A stretch of DNA of 64,000 nucleotides from Prevotella sp. (GCA_024684515.1 JAIKWS010000085.1:7375-71374), one strand, 5' to 3'; counted from the stretch's first letter, positions 33,911-43,777 are shown. A program made the numbers and translations. Notes: generated from the sequence alone by a model not told the origin.

Positions 33911-36538
33911 TTATTGCTTCCTCTGGACGACATTCTTCAGCGATGAACCGAAGATGACGTACTGGGTGTTGCCAGCAATAGTACCCTCGTTCTGTCCCCA
34001 CAGGAACGGCCAGTCGTCGTAGTTCTCGAAATGGTCGGGCTTGCGGAAGAGCAGCCCTGGTGCCACATTGCCGGGTATGAAAGAGAAATCGGCACGGTTG
34101 TTGCCATAGAAGACCTGCTTTGGCCGTGTTGCTCCCACGACAGCGACGAAGGAATAGTTGTGGTAGGGATGACAGCCATAGAGCCAGTTGGCCACCCGGT
34201 AGACCTCATCCTTGCTGACGATGTCGGGATAGTAGAGATGGGCATAGTTGACAGCGATGCCAAAGTTGAGCACCATATTGACTCCTGCCCAGTTGCCCAG
34301 CCCGATGGGCACGCCATAGGGGTTCTGACGGTCGAAGCTGTGGATATAGTCGTTGTACTTCTCGACATAAGGTCGCAGCTGCCGGCGGTAGTTGTCGTCC
34401 ATATAGGGTATGGCATCTAGGGCTGTCTGCATGTTGCCGGCAAGCCCCAGTTCGAGTGCATCCCAGATCTGCCTGGAGAAGTTGTCGAGGTAGTGCTGCT
34501 CGCCAGTAGCCCCGTAGAGCTGCAGGTTGGTGGTCATATCGCCTAGCTGCTGCCGGTTGGTGCGGCTGCGTGCCATGAGCTGCCGTCGTCTGCTGTCGGG
34601 ACTGCCGGCATCGCCACTCTCCCCTACCCCGTCGAGCCAGCTGAAGTCGGCATCTGCCTGTCTGCCCCGTGCCTGTCGGTGGCTGAGGAGCTCGGTGGCC
34701 TCCTGCATCAGTCGTTTGGACTGTACGAGGGCCCGCTGTGCCAGTGAGTCGTTATAGCCTTTCAGAGCATGGCTGGCGGCAGCAAACATGGTGGCGGCAC
34801 GGAGGTCGAGCTGCGGGTTGCGGTTGGTGAAGGCCCACATATCGTCGGGGGTGCCACTCCGCTTGCCATCGGCAGATATCTCATAGGGTCTGAGTGTGGG
34901 GTCGTAGTGCAGTCCGTCGGTGATGGAGGCGGCATCGCCCAGGTGGTGGTAGTTGTCGAGGACGGAGTTGGACAGTGTCTGTGACATGTGTCCTATCTGC
35001 TCTGCCTGTGCCACAAGGTTGAGGGTGCCATGCTCGATGAACTGAAGGATGTCGGGCACGCCATCGGGACGGTGCAGGTCAACATATCGCTGCTGCTGGC
35101 TGACGAAGGTCTCGTCACGCTGGGGATGGAAGAGTTCCCAGGTGCGTATGAAATTCTGCACTACACTGATATTGGAGCCTGTCTCGATGTCGAAGTCACC
35201 GGCATCGAAAAATCCTCCCACGTTGAGCCCCGGTATGAGCTCGAGGGGCTTGTACCTGGTGTCGGTGGTCTGTCCCTGGTGGTGGAGGTCGAAATGATCG
35301 CTAGGTGGTGCCTGCAGGTATCCCTCCCTGAAGGGCTCCCCGTGCCAGGTGCGATAGCCCTCGTTGACGTACATGTGGTTCATGTGGATAGGCACCCACA
35401 CATCGGTGGTGGCATCGGTAATCTTGTCGTAGACATGATCGTCGATGAGGAAGTTGTTGGTCCTGGTATTCCCGTACTGGATGTAATAGATGCCGGGCTG
35501 GCTGACGCTGGAGAAGTCGAACTTCACATAATTATATTTATAGTAGGGTCCCCACGAGGTGACGGTTCCCTGGTATGCCTGCTGGGTGGTGCCATCGGCA
35601 TTGATGCGCATTAGTGTGGCCGTAGGCAGCGGCTGGTCGTGCCTGTCGAGCTCGATGACAGCCACCTTGGGCTGGCGGGGTATGTATCCTACCTGTGAGA
35701 ATCCGATGTTGGGTTCGCGTATCCATCCCGGTATGGCATGGGGCTCGATGGTCCAGGTGACCACCTTTCCGGTCTTGCCTGCGGGCAGTATACTACGCAG
35801 CACGAACCATCCGTTCTGTGCCAGCATGCGTCCGTCGTAGAGTCTGAGCTCGGCATCGCTGCTGCTGACACGTATCATGCGTTCGGGTGTCTCGGGAGCG
35901 AGCAGCAGGCTGTGTCCCGTCTCAATGGGCAGTGGGTCTACAAAACGGTCGGTGCCACGGTCGTCGTAGGTCCTGAAGCCCTTGAACTGCCTTGGCTTCT
36001 CGCTATTGGGTCGTGTGACGGTCTGGCTGGTGGCATAGCGTGGCAGTCGTCCCAGCCTGCCATCCATGGAGAAGGTCTTGAGCCAGTACTGCGAGGGCAG
36101 GAACTCGATGTTGAGACCGGCCTCTCCCGCCAGTGGCTCCGGCACGGGTTTGTCAAGCCATACGGCAATCTCCACTCCCTGTCCCCTGGCAGCCACGGTG
36201 ATGCGGCTGTCGAAATCGTAGTCATCGTAGCGCAGTCCTATCTCGATGGTCTGCTGCTCGCGGTTCACCTTTCTACTGGTCATGGTGGGCACAAGGTCCC
36301 ACTGCTCGGGGGTGTTGTTGAGACGTATTGCACCTCCCTGCACAGTACGTACACCATGGTGGATGATCTCGATGCCGGAGTTCTTCTCGTCGTTGAAGCC
36401 CCCGTTGAAGGAGTTGCTGAACACCAGGACGTTCACTCCCTGTTGCTCGAAATACTCCAGGTCGTTGAGCTGTAGGGTCTGTGCCCCTGCTGTCGCTGCC
36501 ATGAGGCATGCTGCGGATAATAGGATGTTGGTTCTCAT
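33911..36538 (-). CDS. Secreted glycoside hydrolase family 9-like protein (875 aa)
   Basis: Signal peptide ends ...ATAGAQT. GGFFDAGDFDIETG matches the GH9 DAGD catalytic-Asp motif. The C-terminal WGQNEGTIAGNTQY resembles the GH9 NE(x)AxxxN catalytic-Glu region. The N-terminal extension is long. Confidence 0.55.
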   Translation of the reverse strand: MRTNILLSAACLMAATAGAQTLQLNDLEYFEQQGVNVLVFSNSFNGGFNDEKNSGIEIIHHGVRTVQGGAIRLNNTPEQWDLVPTMTSRKVNREQQTIEIGLRYDDYDFDSRITVAARGQGVEIAVWLDKPVPEPLAGEAGLNIEFLPSQYWLKTFSMDGRLGRLPRYATSQTVTRPNSEKPRQFKGFRTYDDRGTDRFVDPLPIETGHSLLLAPETPERMIRVSSSDAELRLYDGRMLAQNGWFVLRSILPAGKTGKVVTWTIEPHAIPGWIREPNIGFSQVGYIPRQPKVAVIELDRHDQPLPTATLMRINADGTTQQAYQGTVTSWGPYYKYNYVKFDFSSVSQPGIYYIQYGNTRTNNFLIDDHVYDKITDATTDVWVPIHMNHMYVNEGYRTWHGEPFREGYLQAPPSDHFDLHHQGQTTDTRYKPLELIPGLNVGGFFDAGDFDIETGSNISVVQNFIRTWELFHPQRDETFVSQQQRYVDLHRPDGVPDILQFIEHGTLNLVAQAEQIGHMSQTLSNSVLDNYHHLGDAASITDGLHYDPTLRPYEISADGKRSGTPDDMWAFTNRNPQLDLRAATMFAAASHALKGYNDSLAQRALVQSKRLMQEATELLSHRQARGRQADADFSWLDGVGESGDAGSPDSRRRQLMARSRTNRQQLGDMTTNLQLYGATGEQHYLDNFSRQIWDALELGLAGNMQTALDAIPYMDDNYRRQLRPYVEKYNDYIHSFDRQNPYGVPIGLGNWAGVNMVLNFGIAVNYAHLYYPDIVSKDEVYRVANWLYGCHPYHNYSFVAVVGATRPKQVFYGNNRADFSFIPGNVAPGLLFRKPDHFENYDDWPFLWGQNEGTIAGNTQYVIFGSSLKNVVQRKQ

Positions 36539-36591
36539 TGCGTGTGGATGTTGGTTCTTATAGGGTGCGGATTTTCCGGAGATTCCGGACT

Positions 36592-37464
36592 TTATGGCTT
36601 GAGGATGCTTTGCACTGTCTGCAGGAGCTGTGACGGCTGTGCTGTCTCACCGACGGGCACTAGGTACCATCGTACCGTCCAGGTGAGCTCTGCCGCTGGC
36701 TGCAGCAGTGTGTATGCCCCCTGGCTCTCCAGCTCGATATAGGTCTTGCCCCTGTTGACGTACACCTGCACCTCCGCCTCGCCAGGTGCTGGCTCAGAGG
36801 CCTCGAGGTCCTGGAAGCGCTTCAGCATGAGCATGCCGTCGGCATGATAGGCCAGCCATCCACGTCCATCGGCATTCACCTTGCGGTTGGCGGGTGTCTC
36901 GTCGGTACTGTACCATAGAGTTCCCTGCCGGGCCTCGAAACTCATCAGTCCGGCAGGCCATATACTGTCGGCTACAGCCTGGAAGAATATCTGCCCCTGG
37001 CCATTGGTGACACGGGTGATCTCCCAGGGAGCGACCTTCCGCTGGCTCTGGCTCTCGTTCTTAATAGAATAAGTGACGACGAAGGCCCCATCGCTGGCAT
37101 CGACGGAGAAGTGCTTGCCGATGCTGAAGCCCAGACGATCAGAGACCTGACTGCGGATGTAGAGATGGTGCTGGTCTTGCTCCACCACCTGATAGGCATT
37201 CTTGTCGTACTCGGGCACCGGTGGCCAGTTCCATTCCTTCTGCGGACTCGTCCAGAAGGTGCTGCCAAAGGACTCCGGCCATCGTGACTGCGAGAGCATC
37301 TCGTGGTCCTGGTATCTGAACGACAGAATCTTGCCACCCCGTGTGGCATCGATGGTCATCGTGACATCACCATGGTTCAGGACGAACGGCTGTCCGTCGT
37401 CGGCAGTGACGGAAAGGAATGCAGAGAGCAGGAGTGTGGTAAGGAGATAACGTTTATTCTTCAT
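36592..37464 (-). CDS. Secreted protein of unknown function (possibly DUF4380/mutarotase-like), co-transcribed with the GH9-like gene
   Basis: Start trimmed to MKNKRYLLTTLLLSAFLSVTA (signal peptide). The longer ORF-track call would run through a -7 box. The family assignment is from memory only. Confidence 0.45.
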   Translation of the reverse strand: MKNKRYLLTTLLLSAFLSVTADDGQPFVLNHGDVTMTIDATRGGKILSFRYQDHEMLSQSRWPESFGSTFWTSPQKEWNWPPVPEYDKNAYQVVEQDQHHLYIRSQVSDRLGFSIGKHFSVDASDGAFVVTYSIKNESQSQRKVAPWEITRVTNGQGQIFFQAVADSIWPAGLMSFEARQGTLWYSTDETPANRKVNADGRGWLAYHADGMLMLKRFQDLEASEPAPGEAEVQVYVNRGKTYIELESQGAYTLLQPAAELTWTVRWYLVPVGETAQPSQLLQTVQSILKP

Positions 37465-37524
37465 TTTGCATGTCTTGGTGTGAAGGATTATACTGCTGTC
37501 AGGCCTGCAAGGAGGTTGACACTG

Positions 37525-37532
37525 CAAAGATA
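37525..37532 (-). promoter_or_regulatory. Candidate -7 box (TATCTTTG)
   Basis: TAnnTTTG on the minus strand, 60 nt upstream of the ATG at 37464. Confidence 0.45.
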
Positions 37533-37789
37533 GAAAAAAATATCCATTCCCACAAGCAGACATTTTCAAAATAGGGATAAAGAAACAATTGAGAAAACAT
37601 CTGAACCACAGACTAAAGGGAGATGAGACATCAGAGGAGCCCGGGGATACAAACGAGACGTGACAGAGACGGCAGAGGCAGGCATGCGTCAAGGCAGCGA
37701 ACACCAGGACGAGGGAGAGGCAGGCACGGAGAAAAGCCACAGGACACATAAAAAGAATCGTTCCTATTGGCGGTTTGGAAAAAAATGCG

Positions 37790-37797
37790 TAACTTTG
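37790..37797 (+). promoter_or_regulatory. Candidate -7 box (TAACTTTG) for dnaG
   Basis: Lies 23 nt upstream of the ATG at 37821 and inside the longer ORF-track call. Confidence 0.5.
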
Positions 37798-37820
37798 CAA
37801 CCAAAAGTAGCAAACGACAG

Positions 37821-39815
37821 ATGATAGACAGGGCAACAGTAGACAAAATCCTGGACGCAGCACGTATCGTGGATGTGGTTGGCGAGTTCGTGACACTTCG
37901 CAAGAGTGGTGTGAACTACAAGGGCCTGTGCCCGTTTCATGACGACCGCAACCCCTCGTTCATGGTGTCGCCATCGAAGAACATCTGCCACTGCTTCGTA
38001 TGCGGCAAGGGTGGCACCCCGGCCGGTTTCCTGATGGAGCACGAGCAGATGACCTATCCCGAGGCCCTGCGGTGGCTGGCAAAGAAATACAACATCGAGA
38101 TAGTAGAAAAGGAGATCACCGACGAGGAGCGACAGCAGCAGAGCGAGCGCGAGTCGATGTTCATCGTCAACGAATGGGCCAAGGACTGGTATCACGACAT
38201 CCTGAAGAACGATGCCGACGGCATAGCTATCGGCAAGCAGTATTTCCGCAGCCGTGGCATCAGGGACGACATCATCGAGAAGTTCCAGCTCGGCTATGCC
38301 CCCCATCGTCGTGATGCCCTCTGCAAGGCCGCTACTGCCAGGGGCTATCAGCAGCAGTATCTGGTGAAGACCGGTCTGTGCATCGAGAACGACCGTGGTC
38401 TCTACGACCGTTTCTCGGGCCGTGCCATCTTCCCCTGGCTGAACGTCAGCGGCAAGGTGGTGGCCTTCGGAGGACGTGTGCTCGACAGCCGCACGAAGGG
38501 TGTGGCACAGAAATATGTCAACTCTCCCGACTCGGACATCTATCATAAGGAGCGGGAGCTGTATGGCATCTACCAGGCCAAGAAGGCCATCGTGAAGGAA
38601 GACCGCGTGTTCATGGTCGAAGGCTATACCGACGTCATCGCCATGCACCAGGCAGGCATCGAGAATGTGGTGGCCAACAGCGGCACTGCCCTCTCCATGC
38701 CCCAGATCCACATGCTGCATCGCTTCACCTCGAATATCACCCTGCTCTATGACGGTGACGAGGCAGGCATCCATGCCGCCATGCGAGGCACGGACATGCT
38801 GCTCTCGGCAGGCATGAACATCAAGGTGCTCCTGCTGCCCGATGGCGACGACCCAGACTCCTTCGCACGCAAGCACTCTACAGAGCAGCTGCGCAGATAT
38901 ATCGATGACAATCAGACCGACTTCATCACGTTCATGACCAGACTGACCATCCAGAACGTCGACGACCCCGTGAAACGCAGTGAAGGCATCGGCAACATCG
39001 TACAGAGCATCAGTGTCATCCCCGACCAGATACTGCGGTCGACCTATATCACAGACCTCTCACAACGCATTGGCATCAAGGAACAGACACTGATTGCCGA
39101 ACTCAACAAACGTGTGAGGAAGAACCTGGAGGACAAGGCCAAGGAGAGGCCCTCACAGACAGCACAACAGGCACCTGCCGCAACCGCCATCGCACCACCC
39201 ATCGCACCACCCGCTGCCGCCATCAGCCAGCCAGTACAGCCGGCAACTGCCAATGCCTGGACAGAGGCAGAGAGCGAGTCGCGCATGAAGGTCGAACTGC
39301 TGCTGCTGCGAGAGATTGTCAGACATGGTGAGGAAGTCATTTTCGATGATGTGGAGACTGATGACGGCCAGCAGGTCTCCATCAACGTGGCACAGTACAT
39401 AGACCTCGACCTCTCGCAAGACGGCCTGCAGTTCGTGGCACCCCTGCACCAGCGGATACTAGAGGAGGCCGTCGCCCATAGTGGAGAGGCAGGCTTCAAG
39501 GCCGAGACCTACTTCTGCAGCAATGCCGACATGGAGGTGAGTCAGCTGGCCACCAGACTGGCCATGGACCGCCACCAGCTAGGAGGCCGCTTCGCGATGC
39601 AGGCACGGGAGGGTAGCCTGCGGCAACGTATCCAGCACCTGGTGATGGACTACCGTCTGGACATCGTCGAGCAACGGCTGAAGCACATACAGAGACAGCT
39701 ACGACAAGCCAGCAGCGATATGGAGCAGACCATGGAACTGCTACGAGAACATAAGGAAACCAAAGAGCTTCGCGACATGCTGGCCAAACGGCTGGGGAGC
39801 GATCTCGTTGTCTAA
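37821..39815 (+). CDS. dnaG: DNA primase
   Basis: CHC2 zinc finger GLCPFHDDRNPSFMVSPSKNICHCFVCGKGG, a TOPRIM region MVEGYTDVIAMHQAG...LLYDGDEAG, and 664 aa. Confidence 0.9.
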   Translation: MIDRATVDKILDAARIVDVVGEFVTLRKSGVNYKGLCPFHDDRNPSFMVSPSKNICHCFVCGKGGTPAGFLMEHEQMTYPEALRWLAKKYNIEIVEKEITDEERQQQSERESMFIVNEWAKDWYHDILKNDADGIAIGKQYFRSRGIRDDIIEKFQLGYAPHRRDALCKAATARGYQQQYLVKTGLCIENDRGLYDRFSGRAIFPWLNVSGKVVAFGGRVLDSRTKGVAQKYVNSPDSDIYHKERELYGIYQAKKAIVKEDRVFMVEGYTDVIAMHQAGIENVVANSGTALSMPQIHMLHRFTSNITLLYDGDEAGIHAAMRGTDMLLSAGMNIKVLLLPDGDDPDSFARKHSTEQLRRYIDDNQTDFITFMTRLTIQNVDDPVKRSEGIGNIVQSISVIPDQILRSTYITDLSQRIGIKEQTLIAELNKRVRKNLEDKAKERPSQTAQQAPAATAIAPPIAPPAAAISQPVQPATANAWTEAESESRMKVELLLLREIVRHGEEVIFDDVETDDGQQVSINVAQYIDLDLSQDGLQFVAPLHQRILEEAVAHSGEAGFKAETYFCSNADMEVSQLATRLAMDRHQLGGRFAMQAREGSLRQRIQHLVMDYRLDIVEQRLKHIQRQLRQASSDMEQTMELLREHKETKELRDMLAKRLGSDLVV

Positions 39816-39824
39816 AACGGAAAT

Positions 39825-40160
39825 ATGTACTACATACAGAAAAGAATCGAAATCTCTGCCAGCCACCGGCTGACCATCGACTACGAGAGCAAGTGCACAC
39901 AGCTGCACGGCCACAACTGGATTATCACCATCTATTGCAAAGCCAGGGAGCTGAACCACAATGGGATGGTGGTGGACTTCACTGAGATAAAGCGAAAGAT
40001 CAAAGGACGGCTGGACCATCAGAACCTGAACGATGTGCTGCCCTTCAACCCTACGGCAGAAAACATAGCACGCTGGTGTGTGGAGCAGATCCCGCACTGC
40101 TACAAATGTACCGTTCAGGAGAGTGAGGGCAACATGGCCGCCTATGAGCAGGACGAGTGA
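39825..40160 (+). CDS. queD: 6-carboxy-5,6,7,8-tetrahydropterin synthase
   Basis: 111 aa with SASHRL...CTQLHGHNW, typical of QueD/PTPS. Adjacent to queE. Confidence 0.8.
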   Translation: MYYIQKRIEISASHRLTIDYESKCTQLHGHNWIITIYCKARELNHNGMVVDFTEIKRKIKGRLDHQNLNDVLPFNPTAENIARWCVEQIPHCYKCTVQESEGNMAAYEQDE

Positions 40161-40188
40161 CAACAGCAGCACCTTATCGCCACAGACC

Positions 40189-40812
40189 ATGTACCGCATC
40201 AACGACATCTTCTATTCCCTGCAAGGCGAGGGCCACAACACCGGTCGTGCTGCCGCCTTCATCCGTTTTGCTGGCTGCAACCTCCACTGTGCATACTGTG
40301 ACACCGACTTCGGCAGCTATCAGGAGATGGATGCCATCGAGATCCTGACAACCCTCAGGCTGCTGACCGTCCACGTGGCAAGCGACCTACGGCCACTCGT
40401 CGTGCTCACTGGTGGCGAACCCACCCTGCAGGCTGACGAGCGACTGGTGGACCTGCTGCATGACGAAGGCTACGAGGTGGCCATGGAGAGCAATGGCACC
40501 CGTCCTGCCCCCCGCAACATTGACTGGCTGACCATCTCGCCCAAGACACCACTGGCATGGAAGGAGCGGGAAGACTGGCGACAACCCGACGAGCTGAAGA
40601 TCGTGTTCGGGGAGCACACCTGTCCAGACAGCATACTGTCGTCGCTGCCATCACCGGCAGAGCACCCGCTGCCGCTGCTCTACCTGCAGCCCTGCGACAC
40701 TGGCGATGCCACACGCAATGCCCTCATCGTACGCCACTGTGTGGACTACATCAGGCAGCATCCCCAATGGCGGCTGTCACTACAAACGCACAAACTGATC
40801 GGCATCAAGTAA
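40189..40812 (+). CDS. queE: 7-carboxy-7-deazaguanine synthase (radical SAM)
   Basis: Starts MYRINDIFYSLQGEGHNTGRAAAFIRFAGCNLHCAYCDT (CxxxCxxC cluster motif). 207 aa from the trimmed start. Confidence 0.8.
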   Translation: MYRINDIFYSLQGEGHNTGRAAAFIRFAGCNLHCAYCDTDFGSYQEMDAIEILTTLRLLTVHVASDLRPLVVLTGGEPTLQADERLVDLLHDEGYEVAMESNGTRPAPRNIDWLTISPKTPLAWKEREDWRQPDELKIVFGEHTCPDSILSSLPSPAEHPLPLLYLQPCDTGDATRNALIVRHCVDYIRQHPQWRLSLQTHKLIGIK

Positions 40813-40815
40813 GAT

Positions 40816-42228
40816 ATGAGTGTATTAGGCATCCTGTACTGGCTCTCGCGGCTGATAGCCATCGCAGCCATCATCCATGTCGTGCTGGACAATCGCCAGC
40901 CGGCAAAGACGATGGCCTGGGCACTCGTCATCTACATCCTGCCCATCTTTGGCGTGGTGGCCTATATCTTCTTCGGCATCAACCGCAGGAAGGAGAAATT
41001 CATCAGCCGCCGTAGCATGGACATGCTCACCAAACGATCGATGCTGGAGTTTGTGGAACAGCGACCCAAAGAGCTCCCTCCCGCCTATGAGCCCACCATC
41101 GGTCTGTTTGCCCGGCAGAGCTTCTCACTGCCTTTCATCAACAAGCGACAGGACATTCTGACCAGTGGCTATGACTTCTTCCCGCTGTTGCTCCGTGACA
41201 TCGCCCAGGCCAGGAACCATATCCATATCGACATGTACATCTTCGAGGACGATGCCCTGGGACGACTGGTCAGCGATGCCCTCATCGCCAAGTCCCGTCA
41301 GGGTGTCGAGGTTCGTCTCATCTATGATGATGTTGGATGCTGGCAGGTGAAGAACCGTTTCTTCGAACACATGCGGAAGGAAGGCATCGATGTGGAGCCC
41401 TTCATGCCCGTACATTTTCCACAGTTCACCAGCAAGGCCAACTACCGCAACCACCGTAAGATCATCGTCATCGATGGTCATATCGGGTATATCGGTGGCA
41501 TGAACATTGCCATGCGCTATGTGAAAGGCCGTGGTGGACAGCCCTGGCGCGACACCATGATACGTCTGGAGGGTGGTGCCGTGAATGGTCTGCAGCGAGC
41601 CTTCCTCATCGACTGGTATTTCGTGGACCGCACACTGCTCTCCGACCGCAAGTATTACACCAAGCCCGAGGCTGAGGGTGCCCTGGTGCAGACCGTCACC
41701 AGTGGTCCTGCAGCCACCTATCCGGAGATCATGCAGGGCTATCTGCATATCATCATGGCTGCCCGCAAGTATATCTACTTCCAGACCCCCTATTTCCTCC
41801 CTACGGGTCCTGTCTTCCTGGCCATGAAGACGGCTGCTGCCGGTGGTGTGGACGTCCGTGTGATGGTGCCCCGCCATAGCGATGCCTACTTCGTGGAATG
41901 GGCCAGCCGCAGCTATCTCCGCGAGGCTGCAGAAGCCGGCATACGTGTCAGTCTGTACGAAGGGGGCTTCCTGCATGCGAAGACGATGGTCAGCGACGAT
42001 GCCGTATGCACCTGCGGATCCACCAACCTGGACTTCCGGTCGTTTGAGAACAATTTCGAGGGTAATGCTTTCTTCTACGATACCAGGATGGCCATGACCA
42101 TGCGTGGCACCTATCTGAGAGACGAGAAGCAGTCGGTAGCACTGACTGAGCTGCCAGAACGGATGTCGCCCAATATCATGCAACGTCTATGGGACTCCCT
42201 CACCCGGCTGTTGTCGCCATTGCTCTGA
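40816..42228 (+). CDS. cls: Cardiolipin synthase (PLD superfamily)
   Basis: Two N-terminal TM segments. Two HKD motifs: HRKIIVIDGHIGYIGGMN and LHAKTMVSDDAVCTCGSTNLD. Confidence 0.85.
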   Translation: MSVLGILYWLSRLIAIAAIIHVVLDNRQPAKTMAWALVIYILPIFGVVAYIFFGINRRKEKFISRRSMDMLTKRSMLEFVEQRPKELPPAYEPTIGLFARQSFSLPFINKRQDILTSGYDFFPLLLRDIAQARNHIHIDMYIFEDDALGRLVSDALIAKSRQGVEVRLIYDDVGCWQVKNRFFEHMRKEGIDVEPFMPVHFPQFTSKANYRNHRKIIVIDGHIGYIGGMNIAMRYVKGRGGQPWRDTMIRLEGGAVNGLQRAFLIDWYFVDRTLLSDRKYYTKPEAEGALVQTVTSGPAATYPEIMQGYLHIIMAARKYIYFQTPYFLPTGPVFLAMKTAAAGGVDVRVMVPRHSDAYFVEWASRSYLREAAEAGIRVSLYEGGFLHAKTMVSDDAVCTCGSTNLDFRSFENNFEGNAFFYDTRMAMTMRGTYLRDEKQSVALTELPERMSPNIMQRLWDSLTRLLSPLL

Positions 42229-42751
42229 ACAGTGAGAAGTTGACACTGCCATAGGCACGATGCTCCACAAAGCAGGGATGGGTTGAGAAGTCATGGTCCT
42301 TGCCATGCTCGAAGACAAAGATGCCATCATCCTTGAGCAACTGCCTGTCAATCACCATATCAGGAATCAGAGGCAGCTCCTTCAGGGCATAGGGTGGGTC
42401 GGCAAAGACCAGGTCGTACTGCTGGTGACAGCTTCTGATGAAACGGAAGACATCTGTCTTCAGGGGGATGCAGGCTTTCGTATCCAGTTTCCGCAGACAC
42501 TCGGTGATGAAGCGATGATGGTCACGGTCCATCTCCACACTGACCACCTGACTGCAGCCCCTCGAGAGCAGTTCGAGGGTGATACTCCCCGTCCCCGAGA
42601 AGAGGTCGAGTGCCGTAGCACCATCGAAGTCGAGATAGCCCGTCAGCACATTGAAGATATTCTCCTTGGCAAAGTCGGTCGTCGGCCGGGCCTTGAAGGT
42701 ACGGGGAATATCAAAATGACGACCTTTGTACTTTCCGGTAATAATCCTCAT
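42200..42751 (-). CDS. rsmD: 16S rRNA (guanine966-N2)-methyltransferase
   Basis: MRIITGKYKGRHF...RPTTDFAKENIFNVL...DLFSGTGSITLE...VFADPPY. Its 3' end overlaps the convergent cls 3' end by 29 nt. Confidence 0.8.
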   Translation of the reverse strand: MRIITGKYKGRHFDIPRTFKARPTTDFAKENIFNVLTGYLDFDGATALDLFSGTGSITLELLSRGCSQVVSVEMDRDHHRFITECLRKLDTKACIPLKTDVFRFIRSCHQQYDLVFADPPYALKELPLIPDMVIDRQLLKDDGIFVFEHGKDHDFSTHPCFVEHRAYGSVNFSLFRAMATTAG

Positions 42752-43551
42752 CGTCCTTTCACCACCAAAGTCTGTAAGTCATAGGGAATGCCTGTGATAT
42801 CCAGCACAGGATGCTGTCCATAGTCGGCAGCAGGATTGATGACATACACCTTCTGCAGGAATTTTCTCAGGTCCTGCAGCATGGCCTCCTCACCGGGGAT
42901 GTCCCCCACCAGGTAAAGCTCATCATAGACGGCATCCATCTGCAGCTGTTTCCATACATAGAAGATGAAGAACTGTGCATCCTTGATACGGCTGGCATCG
43001 AACGAGTTGCAGAAGCGGAACCTGTTTTTCTGGAAGGCAAACAGCTCCAGCCGCTTCTCATGGAAATAGGCATATAGCTTCGGACGTATGCCTGTGAAGC
43101 TCCGCTGATGGAGATATCGCCACACGGGCTGTATGGCCGCTATCAGACGTACATCCTGGAAATGGTCGTCGAGCACCAGCCGCAGGTCCTTGTTCATCGA
43201 GAATACGGCCACCGCATTCAGGTCGGGCAACACATTATAATATACTGCCTCCTGCTCACGACGGGGAAAGGCATGGCTGTGCATCTCTTCCATGTGATTC
43301 TCTTCGAACAGCTCCACAGGCACCATCAGCACATCGCTGTCCAGGAGCACCCTCACACGTGGTGGTGCCTGCAGCAGTAAGTCACTGTTCTTGAAGGCCT
43401 CCCTGAGATTTGCCGCCATCGACACGCCACTCTTCACCACATAGGGCTCGTAGATGATATCACTGCCACTGCTAGGCTGTTCGAGCATGGCGAGGCTGCT
43501 GCGGCCGATGCGGATGGTAAGCCGCCTCACAAGGTTATTGTTCTCTCCCAT
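42748..43551 (-). CDS. Conserved hypothetical protein (DUF3822-like), upstream of rsmD
   Basis: 267 aa with a 4-nt ATGA overlap with rsmD. The family name is from memory of Bacteroidetes synteny and is not verified. Confidence 0.45.
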   Translation of the reverse strand: MGENNNLVRRLTIRIGRSSLAMLEQPSSGSDIIYEPYVVKSGVSMAANLREAFKNSDLLLQAPPRVRVLLDSDVLMVPVELFEENHMEEMHSHAFPRREQEAVYYNVLPDLNAVAVFSMNKDLRLVLDDHFQDVRLIAAIQPVWRYLHQRSFTGIRPKLYAYFHEKRLELFAFQKNRFRFCNSFDASRIKDAQFFIFYVWKQLQMDAVYDELYLVGDIPGEEAMLQDLRKFLQKVYVINPAADYGQHPVLDITGIPYDLQTLVVKGR

Positions 43552-43675
43552 CGTTGGTCTGTTCTATTGTTGCTTCCTTTTGCTGCTCGTGAACGACACT
43601 CCTCACGCAGATGGCCAGCAATGCCACTGCCAGCACCACCAAAACGGCATTCATCCATCGTTCACTTCGCTTCAT
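43535..43675 (-). CDS. Small single-pass membrane protein candidate (46 aa), absent from the ORF track
   Basis: Hand translation: MKRSERWMNAVLVVLAVALLAICVRSVVHEQQKEATIEQTNDGREQ. There is a hydrophobic helix at residues 9-24. Its 3' end overlaps the ATG of the downstream gene. A -7 box lies only 9 nt upstream, so the mRNA would be near-leaderless or the start is Met8. Confidence 0.35.
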   Translation of the reverse strand: MKRSERWMNAVLVVLAVALLAICVRSVVHEQQKEATIEQTNDGREQ

Positions 43676-43683
43676 ACTGTGTG

Positions 43684-43691
43684 CAAAGTTA
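43684..43691 (-). promoter_or_regulatory. Candidate -7 box (TAACTTTG)
   Basis: TAnnTTTG on the minus strand. It forms a divergent pair with the box at 43778. Confidence 0.45.
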
Positions 43692-43777
43692 ATAAGAAAA
43701 AACGTGAGACGGCCAAAGAATTACATTATTTAACATATTACCCCCCTTTCATCCCTTCTTATTCCAATAAAAAGTAG

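Noticed and set aside
37767-37820. N-terminal extensions in the ORF track for dnaG (37767), dnaA (62396), the Y-family polymerase (18914), the lipoprotein (17115), queE (40078), the helicase (43783, TTG), the DUF3575 gene (up to 16927), 31636 and 36592-37896.
   Set aside because: In most cases a TAnnTTTG -7 box lies inside the extension. In all cases the family-typical N-terminus or signal peptide begins at a downstream Met, so I used the trimmed starts.
42200-42228. 29-nt overlap of the convergent 3' ends of cls and rsmD, as a possible antisense regulatory arrangement.
   Set aside because: Short convergent overlaps are common in compact genomes, and nothing in the sequence points to regulation.
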